A model generated the notes under the pieces. The model had not been told where the DNA came from and ran no database searches. It was given only the letters and a program-made list of their open reading frames with translations. A stretch of 64,000 bases of DNA from Butyrivibrio sp. (GTDB lineage Bacteria; Bacillota; Clostridia; Lachnospirales; Lachnospiraceae): contig JAMPDT010000003.1 in assembly GCA_023665525.1 (NCBI GenBank), positions 4,682-68,681 on the forward strand, written 5' to 3'. How positions within the stretch are numbered: position 1 is the stretch's first letter; every line of letters begins with the position of its first letter. Positions 1-7,877 of the stretch are shown one piece after another. The position numbers were made by a program, and so were the translations under genes.

Positions 1-154
1 TATCGCGATTATCGGCATCGTGTGGGTGGAGGTCACGGGAGTGACGGGGACCTATGCGGCAAAGACGAAGGCGCTGAATAAAATTAAGCTTATAGGAAGC
101 CTGCCCGAGGAGCTTCGCTCGCAGGTTGACCTGAATCAAATCATAAACAATTAA
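1..154 (+). CDS. 3' end of small membrane protein, putative phage holin-like (partial)
   Basis: Manual translation of frame 2: IAIIGIVWVEVTGVTGTYAAKTKALNKIKLIGSLPEELRSQVDLNQIINN*, stop TAA at 152-154. Hydrophobic segment plus basic tail, directly upstream of an endolysin with an SD (AAGGAG) in between. Confidence 0.5.
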   Translation, partial: IAIIGIVWVEVTGVTGTYAAKTKALNKIKLIGSLPEELRSQVDLNQIINN

Positions 155-166
155 GGAGAGCTTTAC

Positions 167-1105
167 ATGGCGGAAACTTTTACTCCGAGACTTACCGCGC
201 CCGATAAAAGCAACGAAAATTATTACAGTGACAAAAACCCTTTTTACGCGTATAAGGACGAAAACGGCAGCCGTCCGTTAATGATGCCGAACTGCACCGC
301 GTATGTCTACGGGCGGCTTATGGAAATCACGGGCAGAGGCTTTGACGGGCTTATAGGTGGAAACGCCCATACATGGTACGGCAAGGCGGCTGAGGCGGGG
401 CTTGAAACGGGCGCGTCGCCAAAGCTCGGCGCGGTATGCTGCTTTGACGTGACGGACGGCGGAGCCGGACATATTTCCGTCGTTGAGGAAATAAAGGCAA
501 ACGGGGATATTGTCACCTCGAACAGCGCATACGGCGGCAGCGTGTTTTATCTGAAAACCCTGACTGCGGCGTCGGGCTATAACTACGCGCCTACAAGACC
601 GTTTAAGGGCTTTATATACTGCGGAATCGAGTTCGGGGACGGCGGGGAAAAGCCGCCTGCGGGAGAGGTAAGCGCGGGGCTTGAGGTAACGCTGAATTCC
701 GTACCCTGCTATGAGAGCGAAACCGCCGCGTCCGAGTACGACCGAAAAACGGGCAGATATTTTCTTTGGGACAGCACGGTTGCAAACGGGCGCGTCAGAA
801 TTACAAATACCGCCGACAGGGTTGGCGCGGCGGGGCAGGTGACCTGCTGGATAAATATCGCGGACGTGGGACTTACCGAGGAAAGCGGGGAGCCGATTAT
901 AAAGGCGGGGGAGAAATACGAGCTGAAAAAAGCCGCCGTTTACGACAGTGAAACGGGAGCCTCCGTCGGGACGCGCACGGGGACGTATTATGCTTGGTCC
1001 GAGGATATTGTAAACGGGCGTGTCAGAATGACCAACAGCGCGGCGAGAGCGGGAGAAAAGGGGCAGGTCAGCTTTTGGACTGACACGGATTCGTTGAAAA
1101 AATAG
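167..1105 (+). CDS. CHAP-domain peptidoglycan hydrolase (endolysin-like) with two C-terminal SH3-like repeats
   Basis: CHAP motifs PNCTAYVYGR, GNAHTW, GHISVVE, SNSAY. Duplicated ~60-aa C-terminal module (GRVRITNTADRVG..GQVTCW / GRVRMTNSAARAG..GQVSFW). Confidence 0.8.
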   Translation: MAETFTPRLTAPDKSNENYYSDKNPFYAYKDENGSRPLMMPNCTAYVYGRLMEITGRGFDGLIGGNAHTWYGKAAEAGLETGASPKLGAVCCFDVTDGGAGHISVVEEIKANGDIVTSNSAYGGSVFYLKTLTAASGYNYAPTRPFKGFIYCGIEFGDGGEKPPAGEVSAGLEVTLNSVPCYESETAASEYDRKTGRYFLWDSTVANGRVRITNTADRVGAAGQVTCWINIADVGLTEESGEPIIKAGEKYELKKAAVYDSETGASVGTRTGTYYAWSEDIVNGRVRMTNSAARAGEKGQVSFWTDTDSLKK

Positions 1106-1178
1106 CCGCGCGGCAGCCCTGTCATGCCGTACCGTCTGCGGCTTTGGCGGAGAGCCTGCTCGGACGGAGCCGAAAATT

Positions 1179-1219
1179 TCATACCTTACGGCGCAACGCT
1201 CCTCCGTATTGGCTTATGA
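1179..1219. other. Candidate hybrid attachment site (attL/attR)
   Basis: TACGG (1187-1191) and CCGTA (1204-1208) are symmetric about CG at 1197-1198, with an outer TCATA/TATGA pair offset by 3 nt. Coincides with the cotJC break. Confidence 0.5.
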
Positions 1220-1292
1220 TAACCATAGCTGCCTTCGGGTCGGGATTTTTGATGTTTACGGGAAATTCAAGTCTTTTTTCGTATACCCACAT
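1179..1292 (-). pseudogene. cotJC: 5' fragment of spore coat Mn-catalase-family gene cotJC, interrupted
   Basis: ATG at 1292 overlaps the cotJB stop (TAATG). Translates MWVYEKRLEFPVNIKNPDPKAAMVIISQYGG, the classic CotJC N-terminus, then ALRRKV* instead of (P/A)DGE. Confidence 0.9.
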
Positions 1293-1564
1293 TATGCCAT
1301 TCCTCCTTCCCAAGGCCATTCTTCGGCAACCCATGTCCAGTAATCCTCGGATTTGACGTCGGTAAACGCAATCGGTCCGTAGGTCTTTATATATTCGTTG
1401 TAGTATTCTTGATACTGCTCGTTAAGGCTGTGGTAATTTGAAAGCGCTCCGCAGTCGTCGGGATGTGTGTCAAGGTAGAGCGACAAATCGTAAAGCGCGA
1501 AAAAATATTCGTCTATCCTGCGCATAAGCTCGCATTTTGAAAGCTGTTGGCATTGCTGACTCAT
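1292..1564 (-). CDS. cotJB: Spore coat protein CotJB
   Basis: FALYDLSLYLDTHPDD, YGPI, W.W..EEWPWE motifs; lies between cotJA and cotJC. Confidence 0.92.
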   Translation of the reverse strand: MSQQCQQLSKCELMRRIDEYFFALYDLSLYLDTHPDDCGALSNYHSLNEQYQEYYNEYIKTYGPIAFTDVKSEDYWTWVAEEWPWEGGMA

Positions 1565-1902
1565 CGTTTACAGCCTCCTTTCCCGAGAAAAGGTTTGTCA
1601 AGCTCGGTGTAAATTGTGCCTGCCGTAAGGGCGCGCTCCACGTCATATGTGGGACTGCCCGTTTTTTGGTTGACCACGCCCGCAACCGCAAGGGAGCAGC
1701 AGGGGTTAGTGTCGTCGCCGCAGGAATTTTTTACCGGGCAGGAGGGACGCGTCTGTGCGCGCGCAGGCACGTCGGAGGGACATGACGGCTGCGAGGGGCA
1801 GGCGGAGGGTGCGGCGCTCCGGCAGCCCGAAGCGTTGGTGCGCGGGTTCTGACAGCCTGAGCCTCTTGCGCCGTATGCGCGTTGATTGTGATAATAAGGC
1901 AT
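1561..1902 (-). CDS. cotJA: Spore coat associated protein CotJA (Cys/Pro-rich N-terminal extension)
   Basis: C-terminal LAVAGVVNQ..YDVERALTAGTIYTELDKPF motif. Probable start ATG 1902 after SD GAAAGGA. Confidence 0.85.
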   Translation of the reverse strand: MPYYHNQRAYGARGSGCQNPRTNASGCRSAAPSACPSQPSCPSDVPARAQTRPSCPVKNSCGDDTNPCCSLAVAGVVNQKTGSPTYDVERALTAGTIYTELDKPFLGKGGCKR

Positions 1903-1937
1903 AAGAATTCCTTTCATAAAATTTAATCTTCAATAAT

Positions 1938-1963
1938 ATACTATGAAGCTTATGTCGGTTGGT
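1938..1963 (-). promoter_or_regulatory. Putative mother-cell sigma (SigK/SigE-like) promoter of the cotJ operon
   Basis: Minus strand AC-N16-CATAGTAT, matching the AC-N16-CATA---T pattern. Confidence 0.4.
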
Positions 1964-2086
1964 GATGGCGCAAAAACACAACATCTTGTTCGGAAATGAC
2001 AAAATAAGTGAAAAAACTACAATTTGTAGTTGATTTTTATATTCGATAAATATATAATATAAAAAGGTACACGGCGGAGGAGAATT

Positions 2087-3238
2087 ATGGCGAGAGAAGC
2101 GGTAAGAACGCTTTCAACCAAAAAAGAGCTTCAGGAAACGCTTGACCGCAAGAACACGGTAAGGGCTTTTTTGTCGGCTCTTATTCATCTCGTTGCGATA
2201 CCTGTCCTTATTTTGATTATCCGTTTGACCGATATGTACGGCGGACTTTCCTCCCGAATAATAATTTATTTGGCTGTGTGCGAGGGCGTGCAGCTTGTTT
2301 TCGCAGTATGGGGTTATTATGTTATATCGCGCAATGAGATGGACAGGCGCGTTTTTTACAATAACTCCTGTTTTTTTGTCACGGTGCTCTGTATTGTGGC
2401 GATGGCGGGCATCGACAGGTATAATACGGGAAGCTTCGTCTTTTATTTGCTCGGACTGCTTTACGCGGCTCTCGTTCCTATAATGCAGAGGGGACTGCGG
2501 AGGCTTTACGGCGCGGTGTTTGCCGCGGGCAGCGTCGCTTCCGTTTTAATCGCGCGCGCTTCGGGAAGAAGCATTGCGGACGCCGCCCTGATCGGGCTTG
2601 CCGCCTTTATCGCCTGCGATACGGTGCATAACTGCGCGTCGGAATACGTCAGAATGGGGATAAATCTCCGCGCGAAAACGATAACCTCGGAGAAGGATCC
2701 GCTCACGGGGCTTATGAACAGGCGCGGGCTCGACAAAAACGCGGCTGTGCTGTGGCCCTACTGCTCGAGAACCTCGACCCCTGTCGGCATAATAGAGATT
2801 GATATTGATTTTTTCAAAAAATACAACGACCGCTTCGGACACCCCGCGGGCGACAGGTGCCTTAAGCTGATTGCGAAATCCATAAAGCAGTCGGCAAGGA
2901 GAAGCTCCGATATAACGGCGAGAACGGGTGGAGAGGAATTTCTGATTTTCGTACAGGGAATGAGCGAGGAAGAAATAATTGATTTTGCCATGAAAATACG
3001 CGGCGGCATAAACGATTTGAAGATTCCGCACGCTTACGCGGGAGTGTCGAACTACGTTACCGTCAGCATGGGCACCGCCTGCTGCGTCCCGAATGCCTTA
3101 AACTCCTTTGACGAGCTGTACGAGGAGGCGGACAGGGCGCTCTATACCGCGAAGCAAAACGGGCGAAACTGCGTCGTGTCGGGCAACAGGATTTACGGAA
3201 GAATGAAGAAGGGGCTTGCCACAGTGATTTCCTCGTAA
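2087..3238 (+). CDS. Membrane-bound diguanylate cyclase (GGDEF)
   Basis: Multiple N-terminal TMs; DPLTGLMNRR, DIDFFKKYNDRFGH, GGEEF; I-site RSSD five residues upstream of GGEEF. Confidence 0.92.
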   Translation: MAREAVRTLSTKKELQETLDRKNTVRAFLSALIHLVAIPVLILIIRLTDMYGGLSSRIIIYLAVCEGVQLVFAVWGYYVISRNEMDRRVFYNNSCFFVTVLCIVAMAGIDRYNTGSFVFYLLGLLYAALVPIMQRGLRRLYGAVFAAGSVASVLIARASGRSIADAALIGLAAFIACDTVHNCASEYVRMGINLRAKTITSEKDPLTGLMNRRGLDKNAAVLWPYCSRTSTPVGIIEIDIDFFKKYNDRFGHPAGDRCLKLIAKSIKQSARRSSDITARTGGEEFLIFVQGMSEEEIIDFAMKIRGGINDLKIPHAYAGVSNYVTVSMGTACCVPNALNSFDELYEEADRALYTAKQNGRNCVVSGNRIYGRMKKGLATVISS

Positions 3239-3242
3239 TTAT

Positions 3243-3358
3243 AAAGGAAAACTGCAAGCGCCGACAACGACCCTTGCAGTTTTCTAAGGATATATGTGGG
3301 TTATTTTCAGAGCCTAAGCTCTGAGTAAGAGGGGGGAGTAAGAATTTTGTTCTTACAT
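3243..3358 (-). ncRNA. Candidate small RNA (~115 nt) with two hairpins and a C-rich linker
   Basis: Promoter TTGACT-18-TATAAT upstream. 7-bp hairpins at 3338-3356 and 3307-3324 flank UCCCCCCUCU. Ends at the terminator; the first ATG is followed immediately by a stop. Confidence 0.45.
3247..3284. terminator. Bidirectional intrinsic terminator
   Basis: 12-bp stem GAAAACTGCAAG / CTTGCAGTTTTC with T tracts on both strands. Confidence 0.75.
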
Positions 3359-3362
3359 TGCC

Positions 3363-3392
3363 ATTATATTAAGAAGCTTACGGCACAGTCAA
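3363..3392 (-). promoter_or_regulatory. SigA-type promoter (TTGACT-N18-TATAAT)
   Basis: Near-consensus -35 and perfect -10 on the minus strand, downstream of padR. Confidence 0.6.
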
Positions 3393-3451
3393 CAAGATTC
3401 GACAGACAAAAATCGTCACCGAAACGACAAATGTCGAAAAATGTGCCGCTC

Positions 3452-3802
3452 TTATTTGCGCGGCGCTGCTTCGCATATGCTTAAAAGCTTTTCGACCGCG
3501 CCGACCTGCTCGCGAAACTTCTTGATTAGCGCCTTAAGCTTTTCACGCCCCGCGTCCGTTATGCGGTAATAGACCATTACGCGCCTGCGTCCCGAGGTTT
3601 TCTCGTAGTATTCCACATAATTATTGTCCGACATTTTGTACAGTATAAGATACATTGCTCCCGTAGTAACGGATAATTTTCCGTCGCTTAAGGTTTTGAT
3701 TTCCTTGTACATTTGAGAGCCGTACATATCCTGCCTTGATAGCAGTGATAAAAAAATAATTTCCCAAGGGGTATTTTTGGCATTTGTTCTTTTGTTTTCC
3801 AT
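3452..3802 (-). CDS. PadR family transcriptional regulator
   Basis: IILSLL..QDMYGSQM, GAMYLILYKM, YYRITDAG winged-helix pattern. ATG 3802 follows SD GAGGTG. Confidence 0.88.
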   Translation of the reverse strand: MENKRTNAKNTPWEIIFLSLLSRQDMYGSQMYKEIKTLSDGKLSVTTGAMYLILYKMSDNNYVEYYEKTSGRRRVMVYYRITDAGREKLKALIKKFREQVGAVEKLLSICEAAPRK

Positions 3803-3996
3803 ATTTGTCACCTCGTATTATCTATATTTTAATAATAGACTGAATTTGAAAATAATACAAGCCTTTTTTCTACACAAACGTAAAAATATTTCACTAACAG
3901 TAAAAAACAACCCATCCGTGAGGAAAATACGTCAGCCAAACGGGGATTTTTTGAGAATAATATTAATATATATGTAAAAAGCCGTTTTGGAAATAT

Positions 3997-4815
3997 ATGA
4001 TGAAATTCTTAAAAAAAATCTTAAGGTCTGCCAAAGAGCATCGGACGCGCGCGCTCCTGCTCCTTTGCGCCGCCTTGCTTTTAATCGGGGCGGCGGTCTA
4101 CATACCGTACCGCAGGATAAGCTCCGCGTCCTCCAATATCTCCAAGCGCGAGCTGCCGATATACAGTGTCGATACGGAGGAAAAAAAGGTGGCTCTTTCG
4201 TTTGACGCGGCGTGGGGTAACGAGGACACCCATACGCTTCTGGATATTCTCGCGAAGCATGACGTTCATGTGACGTTTTTTATGACGGGAGGCTGGATAG
4301 AAAGCTATCCCGACGATGTGAAGGCTATTGCCGCCGCGGGACATGATTTGGGCAACCACAGCGAGAACCATAAGGAGATGAGCAAGCTTAACGGGAAGCA
4401 GTGCGAGGAGGAGCTGATGGAGCCGCATGATAAGGTAAAGGCGCTTACGGGAGAGGATATGTTCCTTTTCAGACCGCCCTACGGGGATTACAACGATAAT
4501 CTTATAAAATCGGCGGAAAAATGCGGGTACTATACGATACAATGGGACGTTGACAGCCTTGACTGGAAGGATTACGGAGCCGACAATATTGTGAGCAGGG
4601 TGCTGAACCATAAAAACCTTAGAAACGGCTCGATAATTCTGATGCACAACGGCGCGAAATACACAAAGGACGCGCTTGAGAGGGTGATTGTGGGTCTGCG
4701 CGAGCAGGGCTACACAATCGTTCCGATTTCCGAGCTGATTTATACGGACAATTACACCATTGACAATACGGGCAGGCAGATCCCGTCCGCGCCGAGGGAG
4801 AAGGAAACGACATAG
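3997..4815 (+). CDS. Polysaccharide deacetylase, PdaB-like
   Basis: Intact NodB motifs SFDAAWG, GNHSENH, FRPPYG, DSLDW, ILMHN; N-terminal TM. Confidence 0.88.
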   Translation: MMKFLKKILRSAKEHRTRALLLLCAALLLIGAAVYIPYRRISSASSNISKRELPIYSVDTEEKKVALSFDAAWGNEDTHTLLDILAKHDVHVTFFMTGGWIESYPDDVKAIAAAGHDLGNHSENHKEMSKLNGKQCEEELMEPHDKVKALTGEDMFLFRPPYGDYNDNLIKSAEKCGYYTIQWDVDSLDWKDYGADNIVSRVLNHKNLRNGSIILMHNGAKYTKDALERVIVGLREQGYTIVPISELIYTDNYTIDNTGRQIPSAPREKETT

Positions 4816-4836
4816 CGGCAGCCGAAAGGCTCGAGG

Positions 4837-4865
4837 CGGCGCGGGCGTTGAACCGCGCCGTTTTT
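4837..4865 (+). terminator. Intrinsic terminator
   Basis: CGGCGCGG/CCGCGCCG stem followed by TTTTT. Confidence 0.7.
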
Positions 4866-4868
4866 ATT

Positions 4869-5345
4869 CTATTGTTTGTCAAGCGCCCTGTAATGCTGCC
4901 AATGTATCCCTATATGACCGACTCCGAGTATTGCCGCCGCGGCGGGCAGCCATATTACCCTGCCGTATACGCCCAGCAAAAAGAAGGCGGCGACGGGCAG
5001 GACCGCGCCCGGCAGAGGGATTCCCATAAAGCTTCGGTAAAAATCCCGCAGGGTCTTTTCGCCGCGGAAATAACGGAGCCACCAAAGCTCGTATAACGCC
5101 ATTAAGAAAAAAGCCGCCGCAAGCCACAGCGACCACGGCTCCAATCCGTGCAAATTAAAATCGGAAAATATCAGGACCAGGCAGCTTACCGACGCTTCGC
5201 CGATTCTTTCAAAAACAAGAAGCAGTCTGCTTTCGTTTTCCGCGGAATAGCCCTGCGGTATATTTTTTGTCCATATAATATTGGGAATAAAAAGCAGCAG
5301 AAGAAAAATCAAGCCAATATACGAGAAGCCGAAATGACCGTACAT
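4869..5345 (-). CDS. Hypothetical membrane protein (4-5 TM)
   Basis: 158-aa hydrophobic ORF with a divergent promoter region upstream. Confidence 0.75.
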   Translation of the reverse strand: MYGHFGFSYIGLIFLLLLFIPNIIWTKNIPQGYSAENESRLLLVFERIGEASVSCLVLIFSDFNLHGLEPWSLWLAAAFFLMALYELWWLRYFRGEKTLRDFYRSFMGIPLPGAVLPVAAFFLLGVYGRVIWLPAAAAILGVGHIGIHWQHYRALDKQ

Positions 5346-5431
5346 ACAAATCCTCTTTTTGCTTACATACTATGCCAAACCGCCCGAAAAGTCAATATAG
5401 TTTAAAGATTTTACCGAACGGCGCCGAAATC

Positions 5432-5460
5432 TTGTGAAAGCGTAAGCTTTATGGTACAAT
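5432..5460 (+). promoter_or_regulatory. SigA promoter (TTGTGA-17-TACAAT, extended -10)
   Basis: Consensus spacing and TG motif upstream of the CDS at 5494. Confidence 0.5.
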
Positions 5461-5493
5461 AAGCACATACAAATTATAACGGAGGCGTTTATT

Positions 5494-6123
5494 ATGGATA
5501 ATCTTGTGATAGCGGTTACGAGGACCTGCGGCAGCGGCGCTACGCTGATAAGCCGTCTGCTTGCAAAGAAAATGGGGATTAATTTGTACGACCGCAATCT
5601 TTTGAGGCTCGCGTCCGAGGACAGCGGCATTAACGAGGAGCTTTTCGCCAAGGCGGACGAGAATATGAAAAGGGGGCTTTTGTATAAGGTTTCCAAAAAG
5701 GTCTACAACGGCGAGCTTATCGGACCCGAGAGCGATGATTTTACCTCCAATGACAATCTTTTTAACTATCAGGCGAAGGTGCTTAAGGAGCTTGCGAAAA
5801 ACGAGTCCTTTATATGTATAGGGAGGGCTGCGGATTTTGTGCTCAAGGAGCATAAAAGGCTTATTACGGTTTTTATTTACGCGCCCATGGAGGTATGCAT
5901 ACAAAGAGAGATGGCGTATTATAATATAACCGACAAAAGGAAGGCGGAGCAGATTATCGTTAAGACGGACAAATACCGCCGCGGCTATTATAAGTACCAC
6001 ACGGGAAAGGAGTGGGAAAGCCCCTATAATTATGATATATGTCTTAATACGGGGGACTTTACATACGAGCAGTGCGTTGATATAATATTAAACTATGTAA
6101 ACGTAAGGTACGGCGAAGTTTAA
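5494..6123 (+). CDS. Cytidylate kinase-like family protein
   Basis: IAVTRTCGSGA P-loop variant; IGRAADFVL; DKYRRGYY; YDICLNTG. Confidence 0.85.
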   Translation: MDNLVIAVTRTCGSGATLISRLLAKKMGINLYDRNLLRLASEDSGINEELFAKADENMKRGLLYKVSKKVYNGELIGPESDDFTSNDNLFNYQAKVLKELAKNESFICIGRAADFVLKEHKRLITVFIYAPMEVCIQREMAYYNITDKRKAEQIIVKTDKYRRGYYKYHTGKEWESPYNYDICLNTGDFTYEQCVDIILNYVNVRYGEV

Positions 6124-6140
6124 GCAGGCAGGTTTTAATC

Positions 6141-7877
6141 GTGAAAAAGCTATTGGTTTATCTTAAGGGATATATTAAAGAAAGTGTTTTGGGACCCTTG
6201 TTCAAGCTGCTGGAGGCGGCGTTTGAGCTGATTGTGCCGCTCGTGGTGGCGTCGATAATCGACAACGGAATCGCGGGAGCGGACGGCGGATATATTGTGA
6301 CAAGGATTCTGATTATGATTACCCTCGGCGTGGTCGGGCTTGCCTGTTCGATTACCGCGCAGTATTTTGCGGCGAAGGCGGCGGTCGGCTTCGCTGCAAA
6401 GCTCCGCCGCGAGCTGTTTTCGCATATTCAGGAGCTGTCCTTTTCGGAGATAGACGAGATAGGCACCGCGAGGCTGATTAACCGTATGACAAGCGACGTG
6501 AATTCGGTTCAGGGCTGCGTCAATATGGTGCTCAGGCTTTTTCTGCGTTCGCCCTTTATCGTTTTCGGAGCCATGATTATGGCGTTTTCGATTGACGTAA
6601 AATGCGCCCTGATATTCTGCGTGGCGATTCCCGTGCTTATGGCGGTCGTTTTCGGGATAATGATCGCGTCGATTCCGCTTTACCGCAAGGTTCAGGAAAG
6701 GCTCGACGCGATTCTCAAAACCACGAGGGAGAACCTTAACGGTACGAGGGTTATCCGCGCCTTTAACAAAGAGGAGGACGAGATAAACGCGTTCAACGGG
6801 GGCAATGCGTCGCTTACGGGGATACAGGTTTTCGCGGGAAAAATATCGGCTCTGATGAACCCGATAACCTTTGCGGTCATAAACGCGGCGATGGCGGTGC
6901 TGATATATACGGGTGCGGTCAGGGTGAATATCGGCAGGCTTTCGCAGGGACAGGTCATCGCGCTTGTTAATTATATGTCGCAGATCCTTGTGGAGCTGGT
7001 GAAGCTCGCAAGCCTTATAATACAGATAACAAAGGCTCTTGCCTCGGCAAACAGGGTGCAGGAGATTTTTGAAATAAAACCGTCAATGGAGTTCCCCGAA
7101 AGCTCTCCCGAGAATACGGACAGCCCTTATGCGGTCGAATTTGAAAATGTCGCCCTGACGTACAAAAACGGAGGAGCGGAGGCGCTCGCCGATATAGATT
7201 TCAAGGTTAAAAAAGGCGAACCCATCGGAATTATCGGCGGCACCGGCTCGGGAAAATCCTCGCTGGTCCATATGATCCCCAGATTTTACGACGCGACGGC
7301 GGGAGAGGTCAGGGTTGACGGAATCAATGTAAAAAATTACGCGAAGGACGATTTGCGCGGCAAGATTGCGATCGTTATGCAGAAGGCGGTGCTTTTTAAC
7401 GGCACGATCCGCGAAAATATGCGGTGGGGAAAGCCCGACGCGACGGACGCGGAGATAAGGGAGGCGCTCAAATGCGCGCAGGCGGCGGAGTTTGTCGGCG
7501 ACAAGGAGGGCGAGCTTGACTATATGATAGCTCAGGGGGGACGCAACCTGTCGGGAGGACAGCGCCAAAGGCTTACGATAGCCCGGGCGCTTGTGAGCCG
7601 ACCGCAGATACTGATTCTTGACGACAGCTCCTCGGCGCTCGACTATGCGACGGACGCGAAGCTCCGCGAAGCAATCGGGGGGCTTGGCGGAAAGCTGACC
7701 ACCTTTATCGTGTCGCAGAGAACCGCGTCGCTTAGGAGCGCGGACAGAATTATCGTAATGGAGGACGGCGCGGTTGCGGGAATAGGGACGCACGAGGAGC
7801 TGCTGGCGGGCTGTACCGTCTATAAGGAAATATACGGCACGGACAGCAACAGCGAAGAAGGAGGCGCACATAAATGA
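6141..7877 (+). CDS. ABC exporter, fused permease/ATPase (heterodimer subunit 1)
   Basis: 6-TM domain; Walker A GGTGSGKS; LSGGQRQR; degenerate Walker B ILDDS. Confidence 0.95.
   Translation: MKKLLVYLKGYIKESVLGPLFKLLEAAFELIVPLVVASIIDNGIAGADGGYIVTRILIMITLGVVGLACSITAQYFAAKAAVGFAAKLRRELFSHIQELSFSEIDEIGTARLINRMTSDVNSVQGCVNMVLRLFLRSPFIVFGAMIMAFSIDVKCALIFCVAIPVLMAVVFGIMIASIPLYRKVQERLDAILKTTRENLNGTRVIRAFNKEEDEINAFNGGNASLTGIQVFAGKISALMNPITFAVINAAMAVLIYTGAVRVNIGRLSQGQVIALVNYMSQILVELVKLASLIIQITKALASANRVQEIFEIKPSMEFPESSPENTDSPYAVEFENVALTYKNGGAEALADIDFKVKKGEPIGIIGGTGSGKSSLVHMIPRFYDATAGEVRVDGINVKNYAKDDLRGKIAIVMQKAVLFNGTIRENMRWGKPDATDAEIREALKCAQAAEFVGDKEGELDYMIAQGGRNLSGGQRQRLTIARALVSRPQILILDDSSSALDYATDAKLREAIGGLGGKLTTFIVSQRTASLRSADRIIVMEDGAVAGIGTHEELLAGCTVYKEIYGTDSNSEEGGAHK

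Larger units (their letters stand above)
1..1197. mobile_element. Right-hand end of a prophage-like element inserted in cotJC (continues left of the window)
   Basis: Lysis module sits against the point where cotJC homology stops abruptly, and there is an att-like dyad at the junction. No integrase in the window. Confidence 0.65.

Noticed and set aside
1144-1356. 70-aa + strand ORF spanning the att region as an excisionase/RDF
   Set aside because: It overlaps cotJB and cotJC antisense, has no recognisable motif, and crosses the inferred junction.
4815-4865. GCCGAAAGGC tetraloop hairpin as a c-di-GMP riboswitch
   Set aside because: The other GEMM elements are missing, and it lies at the 3' end between convergent genes; it is best explained as part of the terminator region.
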